A stretch of 64,000 bases of DNA from Naegleria gruberi (Eukaryota): assembly GCA_000004985.1 (NCBI GenBank), contig GG738872.1; one strand, 5' to 3'. A model generated the notes under the pieces. It worked only from the letters and a program-made list of their open reading frames with translations, had not been told where the DNA came from and did not search any database. The stretch's first letter is position 1, and every line of letters begins with the position of its first letter. The position numbers were made by a program, and so were the translations under genes. Below are positions 10,239-20,500 of the stretch, piece by piece.

Positions 10239-10547
10239 TGTTACTAAGCTCTCTCTCCATATTTGAATTGCCAGCTTGTAGTATTAAGCGGAGAGAATCT
10301 CCCGTTTAGAATAAGAAACGGCCTGAATCCCGTTCATCCCGTTGCCCGTCTCACCGTTTATTTGTATCAACTCATACTGCTACATATTTCATATTGCATT
10401 GATTCAAATCCAATTTCAGAACAAAAACGAATGTATTTGATAGAATTTGTAAAGAGTTCTTGTTATTTTGGGGTTAGTCTTTGATTCCTCTGTATTCAAA
10501 ATGCACCATTGAGAGAAAACGGAAGCTTGTGTAATAAAAGGTTCATT

Positions 10548-13500
10548 CTACCAATTACTGTTGTTTATTAAGNNNNNNNNNNNNNNNNNNNNNNNNNNNN
10601 NNNNNNNNNNNNNNNNNNNNNNNNNNNNNNNNNNNNNNNNNNNNNNNNNNNNNNNNNNNNNNNNNNNNNNNNNNNNNNNNNNNNNNNNNNNNNNNNNNNN
10701 NNNNNNNNNNNNNNNNNNNNNNNNNNNNNNNNNNNNNNNNNNNNNNNNNNNNNNNNNNNNNNNNNNNNNNNNNNNNNNNNNNNNNNNNNNNNNNNNNNNN
10801 NNNNNNNCATTATTTGTAATGACAGAGGTAATGACTAATGATATCAAAGTAATACAAGCAGGTAATAAAAGTGTTGGCATGTTCATCAATCTCAAAATCT
10901 CAGTCAATGCCTCAGCAACTCCACTTTGAGTAATTGCTGCCGCAATTCCAAAAGATGCTCCAACCAATGTCACTAATCTCCATTCCACACAATCAACTGC
11001 TCTCGTTGGTGTTATCAATCCAAATGCAACGACTGCACAGAATGTCACAAGTGTACATTGAACCATTGGAAATCCAGCAATGGCGCATCCAATCATTGCT
11101 AAAAAGAATGGGAAAATCCAATGTTCCCACCACCACAAATCTAAAATGATTTTAGTGAAGGGAATTCTGAATAGAAATGGTTTTTGTTTGAATTGGTTGT
11201 AATCTGGTGAGATTTCGTTAAATCTTGTAATGAGATAGAAATCCTTTGAATTGTCATGATTATTATGGTAGAAAACACTTTTACCCAAAATTAGAATAGT
11301 ATCACCACAATATACTGTTTTGCAATTGACGTGTGAATCCTTATCGTTGGTTTCTTTAGTATCAATTGAGGAGGAACCAACTTGTCTGATGGCTAATACT
11401 TTGACTTGATATCTTCTTTCGAATTCCAAATAAGTTTCTCCTAAACATGGATTTGAAGCTCCAATAACAACCTGGAAGAATTCAGGTTCATTTTCTTGAA
11501 TTTCAGATTGATTAGTTTTAGATTTTTCATTGGAGAGAGCTGCATCTCCATAATTCTTCTTGATATTATGATGTAATTGATTAGTGACTGGATTTTCAGC
11601 TTGTGGTGATGTTGTTGGTGAATCAATTAAATGGTCTTGAGATGTTGAAGAAGCCACGCAACTGCTCTGTGAAATTCTTCCTTCTTCCATTGGAGATTCA
11701 ACACTCAAAAAGGAAGTAGTGCTTTGACCTGTTGCCATTTTAGGTTCTTCTTTTTGGTTGACTGATTCAGAACTTTCAAAAGTTGATTTTTCAATTTCAG
11801 AACCATCATACACAAGTGAATGCAAACGTAAAATTAATTGAGGAGCTCCTTGGAAAACCAAAATATCAGAACTTTCCAATTTTAGATCTAAAGGAACTGG
11901 TGAAATTTTTTCAAGCCCAGCAACAGTTTCGTTTGTTGCTGGAATAATTGTATTCGAAGAAGTAGAGCTATTTGAAGAGTTTGTGGATTGCTCTGGACTT
12001 TCCTTAGGTTCTTCTACCTTAATTTCAATAGATTCTCCATTGGAAATTACATTTGGTTCGCTTGAAGTTGTTGGTTGACTTGAAGATTGTACACTGCTCA
12101 ATTCAACTTGATTGGTTGATTTCTTTTCTCTCAAAATTTCAATCAAATCCAAGTTGCCTATTCCCAACTCTGACATGGCTTTGACTTTGGTCTTTCCATT
12201 CAAAGTTTCAAATAATGTTTTACCTTTCGAATACTTTGGTTGAGAAGCCAAATATTCCATCTTGACAATGGTAACGAAAGTTTCCGAATGTTCTCTCACA
12301 ACTTCTCTTGCACGTTCCTTTTTACTTTTATGAGCAAAAGTAACCTTTGAAGCATTAAACTTTGAAGTCACTCCTTCATTAGGAACAATCCACAATGTAT
12401 AAGTGCAACAATAAATAATTGTAATGAAACATAAAATGGCGCCAACATAAACAAACTCATAAAAGGATAAAGGAGTGTAACCATATTGAGTATAGATACC
12501 ATTTGCAACAATACTTGCTGAAGTTCCAATATATGTCAACAATCCACCTCCATTTGTTGCGAATAAAAGTGACATGAGAAATTTGGTATGTGAAAGTTTG
12601 TGTGTCCTTGCCCATTCCATAATGATAGGAATTCCTGTGGCCACAACTGGAGTATTCGATACAAATGCACTAAAAATGGTAAAAACAAAACAAATTCTTA
12701 AAGTTGGTGGTATGAGTGAAATAAAATTGAGAAATTTGTTTTTGGAATTTTTGAATTTCAATGGGGAACCAAATAAAAGTCTGGCAAATTTCAAAACTAG
12801 GGTATTTTCACTTAATGGTTTGACGATTGGGAAGAGGAGAGCAACGATGAGAGTACCAGTGTTGGAAAAACCACTTAAGGCATCTGTAACACTGACAATA
12901 CCTGCCAGATTAAAAATGACAAGTGTCATAACCACAATAAAGTAAGGTCTCCAAAGAGAAACAACCAGACAGACTAGCATTAGGATGACCATGCATAGTA
13001 CGAACCATAATTTCCATGAATTCCATGAAAATGCAACTACAGGTGACGTGGATCCACAAATATTATTGATGGATGAGCTTGTTAACACTGTATCTATGCT
13101 CACAGATTGATTCAGCTGTTGAATGGTAGTAAAGTTGTAGTTTAGATTCTTAGAAGGAACTTGTGCTTGTAAATCGTTGAAAGCATTCACCAATTCTTGA
13201 CTAAACATTCCACTTTCAATCTTGTTTCTAATATCAGCAAGGTCGAGTTTGACTAGAAACCATTGAATTGCATAGGAATTTGTAAACAACTCTGGAATAT
13301 CCAAGTATTTGGTAGAATTCATGAATGCATTCTTACTTGTCGTTCCATTTATATGAAAAACCATCTTTTCATATGTCAAATCCATTCCACTTTTTGTTTG
13401 AATGACAGAAATTGGATATTCTTGAAGGAGAGAAGTTCTGGAAGGAAGAAAGAGTGAATTTTGATATTTTGTGGAAAGTAAGTTATTATGGATGATTCTA

Positions 13501-13964
13501 AAATAGTAAAAACTTAGTGTTTCGTTCGTTTCGTGCAAACTTTCGACATGTTCATCAAATAGAAACTTCCAAGAAATTGTTCCTTGTCCGTGTTCATAAC
13601 TCAATGAAACATAACTAATGGTAGTGCTTGCATTTATGGTAGAACTCTTATAATTCGTATCGTCATTCGAATAGTAAACACTCTCGGATATATTTTTGGT
13701 AAACTCGGTGGAAAATTGATAAATTTGACCATTTACAAATGCAGATGAAGTAGAAATACAATTATCCAATCGAATAGGATGATTTAGCAAGTTTGCAAGT
13801 GATAAAATGATGAAAATGCTTGAAATGCAAGCAAATACGAAACTGTGGAGTTTCATCTTTTTTTCTTTCGAATTGTTAGATGAGAAGGAAGAGATTCGTC
13901 CTGTTGAAATGCAAAAGGGCACAACTGTGGCCATGCTGGACTCGTTTTCTATACTATTTGGCAT
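10548..13964 (-). CDS. Anion permease of the CitMHS / ArsB-NhaD (SLC13-like) superfamily. Two permease halves are separated by a cytoplasmic loop with two TrkA-C (RCK_C) domains, and there is an about 330-aa N-terminal ectodomain after a signal anchor.
   Basis: - Start codon: a true ATG at 13964.
- First multi-TM block: CMVILMLVCLV...GIPIIMEWARTHKLSHTKF...ATNGGGLLTYIGTSASIV.
- TrkA-C-like segment: FFQVVIGASNPCLGETYLEFERRYQVKVLAIRQ...CGDTILILGKS.
- Second TM block: WWEHWIFPFFLAMIGCAIAG...VTLVGASFGIAAAITQSGVAEAL.
- The C-terminus is interrupted by the N gap, so the 3' end is uncertain. Confidence 0.6.
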   Translation of the reverse strand: MPNSIENESSMATVVPFCISTGRISSFSSNNSKEKKMKLHSFVFACISSIFIILSLANLLNHPIRLDNCISTSSAFVNGQIYQFSTEFTKNISESVYYSNDDTNYKSSTINASTTISYVSLSYEHGQGTISWKFLFDEHVESLHETNETLSFYYFRIIHNNLLSTKYQNSLFLPSRTSLLQEYPISVIQTKSGMDLTYEKMVFHINGTTSKNAFMNSTKYLDIPELFTNSYAIQWFLVKLDLADIRNKIESGMFSQELVNAFNDLQAQVPSKNLNYNFTTIQQLNQSVSIDTVLTSSSINNICGSTSPVVAFSWNSWKLWFVLCMVILMLVCLVVSLWRPYFIVVMTLVIFNLAGIVSVTDALSGFSNTGTLIVALLFPIVKPLSENTLVLKFARLLFGSPLKFKNSKNKFLNFISLIPPTLRICFVFTIFSAFVSNTPVVATGIPIIMEWARTHKLSHTKFLMSLLFATNGGGLLTYIGTSASIVANGIYTQYGYTPLSFYEFVYVGAILCFITIIYCCTYTLWIVPNEGVTSKFNASKVTFAHKSKKERAREVVREHSETFVTIVKMEYLASQPKYSKGKTLFETLNGKTKVKAMSELGIGNLDLIEILREKKSTNQVELSSVQSSSQPTTSSEPNVISNGESIEIKVEEPKESPEQSTNSSNSSTSSNTIIPATNETVAGLEKISPVPLDLKLESSDILVFQGAPQLILRLHSLVYDGSEIEKSTFESSESVNQKEEPKMATGQSTTSFLSVESPMEEGRISQSSCVASSTSQDHLIDSPTTSPQAENPVTNQLHHNIKKNYGDAALSNEKSKTNQSEIQENEPEFFQVVIGASNPCLGETYLEFERRYQVKVLAIRQVGSSSIDTKETNDKDSHVNCKTVYCGDTILILGKSVFYHNNHDNSKDFYLITRFNEISPDYNQFKQKPFLFRIPFTKIILDLWWWEHWIFPFFLAMIGCAIAGFPMVQCTLVTFCAVVAFGLITPTRAVDCVEWRLVTLVGASFGIAAAITQSGVAEALTEILRLMNMPTLLLPACITLISLVITSVITNNXXXXXXXXXXXXXXXXXXXXXXXXXXXXXXXXXXXXXXXXXXXXXXXXXXXXXXXXXXXXXXXXXXXXXXXXXXXXXXXLINNSNW
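10573..10807. other. Assembly gap (235 N)
   Basis: Run of n. It interrupts the 3' end of the transporter gene. Confidence 0.99.
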
Positions 13965-14686
13965 GTTGGTTCGATCTTTCGAATATAAATTATAATTATT
14001 AATTTTCGGATAGTGCGGAACTTGAAAAGGAAAGCATCAAGGATATTGTAAAGTTAATTCCTTTCGACCTTTGGCAATAAAATTATTCAACTCCGCAATC
14101 ACACTTTCTATTAGGTCAAAGTCTTTCGAATAACAAAAAGAAAAACTATTAGAAACCAGCAGAAACTATTCGTCTTGTTTTTTTACAACTTAACTCTTCC
14201 CATTGACTTCCGCCCAGTGATGATGAGTAATTGTGTTCACTCTTCAAATCGTTCCCAAAACAAATTTGCAATCCAACAAACGAATTTGGCCATGGAAAGT
14301 CATTAGAATAGGCAGCCATAAAAGAATGCAATGAAAAATCTGGTTTATTCGTTCACATATGGACTCGTTCACAAATTTCGTTGTGGGAATTGAATCTACA
14401 TTTTTGGAATGAAAAAAATGCTAGACGATACTTTTGAAGAATCCTTTCGAATAGTTCTTGTTGGAATTACATGAAACACAATTACATTTTGCTTTCACAT
14501 TGTCTTAGTAAATGAAGTGTAGGTCCATCATGTGGATTTTGTTGATAGAAAGTTTGAAGAATCGAATAAGCTTGTTTGTAATCTTGTTGTAGGAATAATC
14601 TGGATGCTTGTAGATAATCATGCCATTGAGATTGTTTGTTCTTTTCTTGGAGTTCGTACATCCACTTTGTTTTTGAATCAGTTTAA

Positions 14687-17128
14687 TCAACACATTCGAA
14701 ATTTAACACAAAAAGTTATTGGAAAGGTCAAAAACAGAAAAGGACTTACCTCATCGTCGTTCACTTTCAAAGAAGATCCCAATTCATAGATATTTGTTAG
14801 CACGCCAGTATTTGGAGTCTTGTATTCGTCAGTTTTTCCATTGAGCGAGTTTAAATTAGTTTCGTCTAGTAATTCTTTGGAATCTACATATCTGATTTGG
14901 AACAATTGTTCACATTTTTCCTTAATCTTCTCACTTACTACAATACTAACATTCAGTTGAATTGCAATTTGAGTCAATTGATCCAAATTTTGTTTGGCGC
15001 TCGAAATTATTGTAAAGTTTTTCAATTCGTTCGTTCCAATATTTCCACAATAGGAAGATTGTGATAAAACTGCAATTTTAAATGACATTAAATCCAATAA
15101 TTGTGAATTCTTCTTGAAACTGTTTAATAAGGTTGAGGCAGCGACAACTCCTTTTTCTTCATGATTCGTCTGATTATTCGAAGAGTTAAACGAAATGGTG
15201 ATTGATTCATTTTCAAAGTTTCCAACGTTTCCTGTCAAACTTCTACTCACACTATTAATCTGTTCAAAAATATCTGACATTAGCTCAATAGTTTCGTTTG
15301 GATTCATATTTTGCAACCATTCAGTAAATCCATTAAAATGAATCTGGACGAAAGTTACCTTCTTCTGTTCCATATACAAGGAAAACTTGCTTCTATCATT
15401 CTTATATACTTTCCTTGAGGATCTTGCTTTATGAGAAATTCCTTTACTGGAATTAGAACTTCCCACTGATTGAGTTTCCTGACTTGACATGTTGTGCGAA
15501 GATCCTCCGTAGACTTTAGTTCTGGAATTCTTTCGGAAAGATTCGTCTACTTCACTGTCTGATTCTTGGATACCATCTACATTTTCAATTTCTGAAAGTA
15601 AGTGAGCTGGAATAAAACTCTTGTAAAGTTTGATTCGGTTGACCATGGAAATGAAATGTCCTTGTAATTGTTTCACTTCTGAGAATGAACTTGGAATAAT
15701 GTGAAGTTGATCCAAATCCATATTAGCAACACTTTCGAATAACTCTATCAAATTATAAAACGGCTTGACAACTTTTAAGGAAACAACAACTCCCAAGACT
15801 AAACCAACCGAAATGATGAGAACACTACCAATCAATGAGCAGATAATTGCAAAAATTGTCGATCCTAAATAATTCCATTGAGGGACACTCAACACTAATA
15901 TCCAATCAATTTTTGAGCTAGTACACAATCTATATATGGAAATGTATTGTCCACTACGTTCGAGAACTTGCATTTCATTGCAAGTTATTTTAGTCCAATC
16001 ATTCGAATAATGATCAAGAATAGCTTGAGAAATTGCGTTGATTTTGGTATCTGAAACATCGGTTGGTGTTTTTCTATCTAATGATCCATCTGATTTCCAA
16101 TCTGAAATTGTAACTTCCTCTCTGTCAACTATTTCCCATAAACTTTACAATAAAAATTTATGTAACTTACCTGCAATCAAATAAGCAGTTTCAGTTTCCA
16201 CAATAAATCCTAAAGATCCAGTAATGGATGCAATTCTTTCTTTCAAAAAGTCTGAAATCGATGACACTGTCAAATCATTTGCTTGATAATAGTGAAAATT
16301 GTGTCCGTTAGGAAGAGGAAGTTTCTTATTTACGACACAATTCATGGAAGTGATGAATGTGTATTGAGGCATTGAAATGTCAGCATAACTCAATGTAAAA
16401 ACTTGTTGACCTGGATTAGCATCACAGACCTCAACGAGATAGCTCACATCGAATGGCTTGTTGGTTTCGTCTGGATTAGAATTTCTAACACACTGTTCGT
16501 GATTGGTAATGTTGTCGCAATAATAGATTAATTGAGCTGTTGATGTGATATTAAAAGTGGCCAAATAATCTCCCCACTCAATTGATCCAAAGCATGTTTT
16601 ATCTGTACCTCCCACATATGAGGAAATTGTAATTCCCTTCAAATGTTTTTGAGATGACTAATGGCAATTTGAAGGTATTTCATTAATTTTCATGAATTTT
16701 TCATATTTTGAATATGAGAATAGGAATCAATAAACTTTGCTTACCTTGTAGCCTGCAAACATAATCCTCTCCAAATAATCGAAATTTCCATACGAATAAT
16801 CATCAGTTGCCAATTGTTGTTTAATGGCCTCATTCAATACATTAACTTCTTTGAGTGTTTGCTCTGCATATTTGACAATGGTTGAAAACTCTTCGTCTCT
16901 CACTGTTGATGATAAACTGACAACTGTTGGAGAAAAACTTGCCAACCAAATGGCAGATAGGATCAAAACACTGAGGAAGAGTAAACCAGATACCATGACA
17001 ATCATACAAAATTTGATGGAAGTTCCCTTAGTTGAGCCTCCTGTGTAGGAACTTGTTTCTTGATTCTTATCCATTATGGCTTGTTTATCCTCTTGTGAGG
17101 TTGGTGTTACCTTGTTCTTTAATTTCAT
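14687..17128 (-). CDS. Receptor-type cyclase-homology (pseudo-cyclase) protein, about 760 aa, 3 exons. Exon 1 is 16745..17128. Exon 2 is 16171..16636. Exon 3 is 14690..16128, or 14690..16089 with an alternative in-frame acceptor.
   Basis: - Start codon: ATG at 17128.
- Intron 1 donor: AAG|GTAAGC. Intron 1 acceptor: tttgaag|GGAATT.
- Intron 2 donor: GCAG|GTAAGT. Intron 2 acceptor: gggaaatag|TTGAC.
- Architecture: N-terminal cytosolic stretch, signal-anchor TM, ectodomain, second TM (ILVLSVPQWNY...), HAMP-like linker, then a class III nucleotidyl-cyclase-like domain.
- Cyclase-like motifs: VTFVQIHFNGFTEW ... GNVGNFENESITISF ... FKIAVLSQSSYCGNIGTNELKNFTIISSAKQNL.
- The canonical metal-binding Asp residues are replaced: D->H/Q in the first motif, and IGD->FEN in the second.
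- Paralogous to the gene at 53385..55883. Confidence 0.6.
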
Positions 17129-17533
17129 GAATGTGCGCTTATGTTTGTATTATATACCTAATGATGTTTTTAGAGTTTCCTCAGTAAATTTGTAAATTGT
17201 CTGATGCTAGTGTAGATGTTTGGAAATTTCTTTTGATTTGAATTTGCTCTCCTGTAGGAATGTTGATGCCCATCAACACGAAATAAACTCTTAAGTCACA
17301 ATGTATTTCTTATTTGCGTTCGAGTTGTTGCAAAAGGTTTAAAGCATTAATAGGTATTGATTGACTGTTGGTGATACCTGTTGATTGCGAGCGAAAACTA
17401 TTTTGCTGCGAAGCATAATGCATACTTTTAATGATGGTGTGTTTATTATTGGTTATAAATAAGAGGAGGGTTATTGTAGTGGGTAGGCGGGGAATAAAAA
17501 AGGGATTATACAAAAAAGGAGATGTGTAACTAA

Positions 17534-20500
17534 TTAATCTGATTCGCTGTAATATGGAGAGGCATAGGATGGTGTTGATCTAGCACCAGTCTTGTAGGCA
17601 AATCTAGAGTTATTGCTGTGAGTGAAAGGACGATTGGATCTGATAACATCTCTTTCTTGATTTCCAATAAGAGTATTATTCATAATGTCCATTCCAGAAC
17701 GAGCTTGGGCAGATGGTCTTTTAATGGTTGGTCTTTGGACACCAGAGTTCATTGATCCATAAACCACAAAGCCCAAAACTGCAATAATAAGAGAAAGGAT
17801 GATATAAGTCAAATAACCAGCAGATTCATCTTCGGTATTGTCAGTGTGGACGTGTTCTCTGACTGGTTGACGGGCTTCATTGGATACAAATCTAACAGTA
17901 ATAGGAGTAGTAGTGAGAGTGTATGACTTGGCATTTTCACCAAAGTTGACCTTGACAGACAAGTTAATATCTTGTGTTGACAAGTGCTTCAATTCACCGT
18001 TAAGGAAAGAGTCACGTCTTGGTTTGATTAAACATTCATACTTATCACCAACTTTTTCAGTTCCAACAACTTCCAACCAGCTTTGAGTAGATTCACATTG
18101 TACATTATAATTACGTCTTACTCTGGAATCGTGTGGGAATTTGACTTCTTGACTTGTGTTATCCAAAAGATGGAGTGGAATACGGGTTGGTACTTGTTTC
18201 ACTGGATCAACACCAGAACTAAGTTCAATACTTGAAAGGGAAATCTTAGCTTGAGCAATTCTGACAATGTTAACTTGGATTTGGGTGGTAGTTCTTCCTG
18301 ATTTAAGAGTAACAGTTGCTGAACCAACCTTGTGAGCAGTTCCTACACCGTTCAAATCAACACTAATAACACTAGAATCAGAGCTTTCCCATTTACCAGC
18401 CTTTTCAGAAACAAAAGTAACAGAGTCACCAACGTGAAGTTTGGCAGTTGAGGAGAGTGTGTCAACAACACTTGAAACAACGCTAATTCTGCAATAATAT
18501 GGTTGCTTCAATTCTGGAGCACTCAATTCAACAGTTGTATTACCAAGAGAATTAGAGTAGACAACAATGGCTTCCTTTTGAGCATCAACCTTTACACTAA
18601 CAATATCATGAATATTCATACGGACGTTAATATCAATACCACTAACAGAAGCAAACTTTTCACCGCGAATACCAAGAGCAGAGAGTGGAATTTCAAACTC
18701 ACTACCAATTGGGACTTGGAAGTCATAATCAAATGATTTAGTTTGGAGTTCACTCAAAGACATTGCCAAATAGTGTGGATTTTGAACAGCAACCTTTTGA
18801 GCAACAGTTTGACCGGTGGAAATTTCTTCAACAATAACAACAGAGATACCCTCAGATTCACGAGTAACAATATCACCGTTCTTACTGACAGCAATAAGAT
18901 TATCATATTCATCAGTCTTGGCAATAGTGTATTTTTGAACTGATAAATTATCCTTATTAGTTCTCAAACGGAAAGTAGCAGATCTTGGAGCAAGAATGAG
19001 ATCCTTGTGTGGGAAATCTAATAATTTCAACTTGTCATCAACTTGAATATCAGACTTGGTTGTATGGTGCCAGCTTGAAAGTTGTGGATGTTGGAATGAG
19101 GCACTAGCTGAGATTTGAGTCTTACCAATCTTAGAGCCAGTAATAAAAACAGAGTGACCAGTTTGGCTTTGTGGATAATTGATAATTGAAACTTCTTGTT
19201 CAGCAGAAGAGACAGAGACTTGGAAGAATGGAGATTGCATAAAGAGAGGAGACAAGAGTTGCTTATTATCATAGAGACCATAAACAGGTACAGGGATATG
19301 ATGTCCTTCAAAAACAAAGAGTGGTTGTGGAAGTTTGATACCTACAAGTTGAACAACACGAACTGGAACAGTCTTTCTAGCATAAACAACTGAATTCTTG
19401 ATGAGACTAATCTTTTCGACAACAAGTAATTGTTCACCATAAGTAACACCAGTAACAATTCCTCTAGCATCAACAGAGGCAAACTTGTGATCTTCCTTAA
19501 ACTTGAAAATTGTAGCAATACTTGGTGTTTCAATTGGTCCTCCAGTAACCTTAACTTGGAATTTAGCACCTGGAATCAAGACAAGCTCTGGTGGATTAAC
19601 TCTCATTGGTTCATAAACATTGACCATAAATGGAACACTATAAACTCTTCTTCCATCACTATTAAGAACACTAGCAACAAGTTTAACAACACCAACTCTT
19701 CTACCAGTCAAAACATATTCATCTGGATTAGATTCAGATTGTTTGAGTGAGATTGTGTTTGGAGTGTCAACTTCAATAGAAGTTTGCATGGCATAGTGTT
19801 GAGAAGCTGGGAAATTGGCACCAGTTTCATCGGAAACGCTCAATTTAACAGTAACATAATTGTCAACTTCGACAAATCTTTCACCATCTAAACCAACATG
19901 GTGAGCATCAGCAACTTTAACAAAACTACTAGCAGCTGGGCTGAGTTTGGAGAAGGTATCAAAAACATCAACTCTAACATAACCTGGAACAAGACCAACA
20001 AGTTCAGCAGTTGAACCCTTTGGAGCCAATGTTGCTACGTCAGTATTGTTATGAGAAAAGTCATATCTACCAGAACCACCTGTAGCTTGGAGAGTGAGAC
20101 TAACTTTACGATTTCTGAATAAAAGATAACTAGCAGGATTGAGGTAAATATTTGGAGCAATTCTGAGTTCAATTTCATCCTCTAATGGTTTAGAGAATGC
20201 TGCAATAGCTGAATTCATGATAGAATAAGAGACGTACTTCTTGACTTCATCCTTATTATATCCAATAATTTGTCCTCTCAAGTTTACAGAACCTTCCTTT
20301 TCATAAATATCCAACAATCTGTGTCCTGGATATACTTCCTTATTGGAAATTTTGGCAATATCATGGTGACTGAGTTCCCATTCATCTTGTAAAGTGGAGG
20401 TGGTAACGAAGAGATTTTCTTCACTGTCATAGGCGTTCATTACAGCTGGAACAGTTTGATTATTTCTAACACTGTAAACTCTAATAATGTGAGAGGAAAT

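Noticed and set aside
10263-10484. 73-aa ORF downstream of the receptor-gene relic
   Set aside because: No homology to the paralog family and no ATG context. It overlaps the CCCGTT-repeat island, which I report as a non-coding oddity.
10561-10929. ORFs 10561..10929(+) and 10568..10810(-)
   Set aside because: Artefacts of translating the 235-N gap. They overlap the real minus-strand transporter gene.
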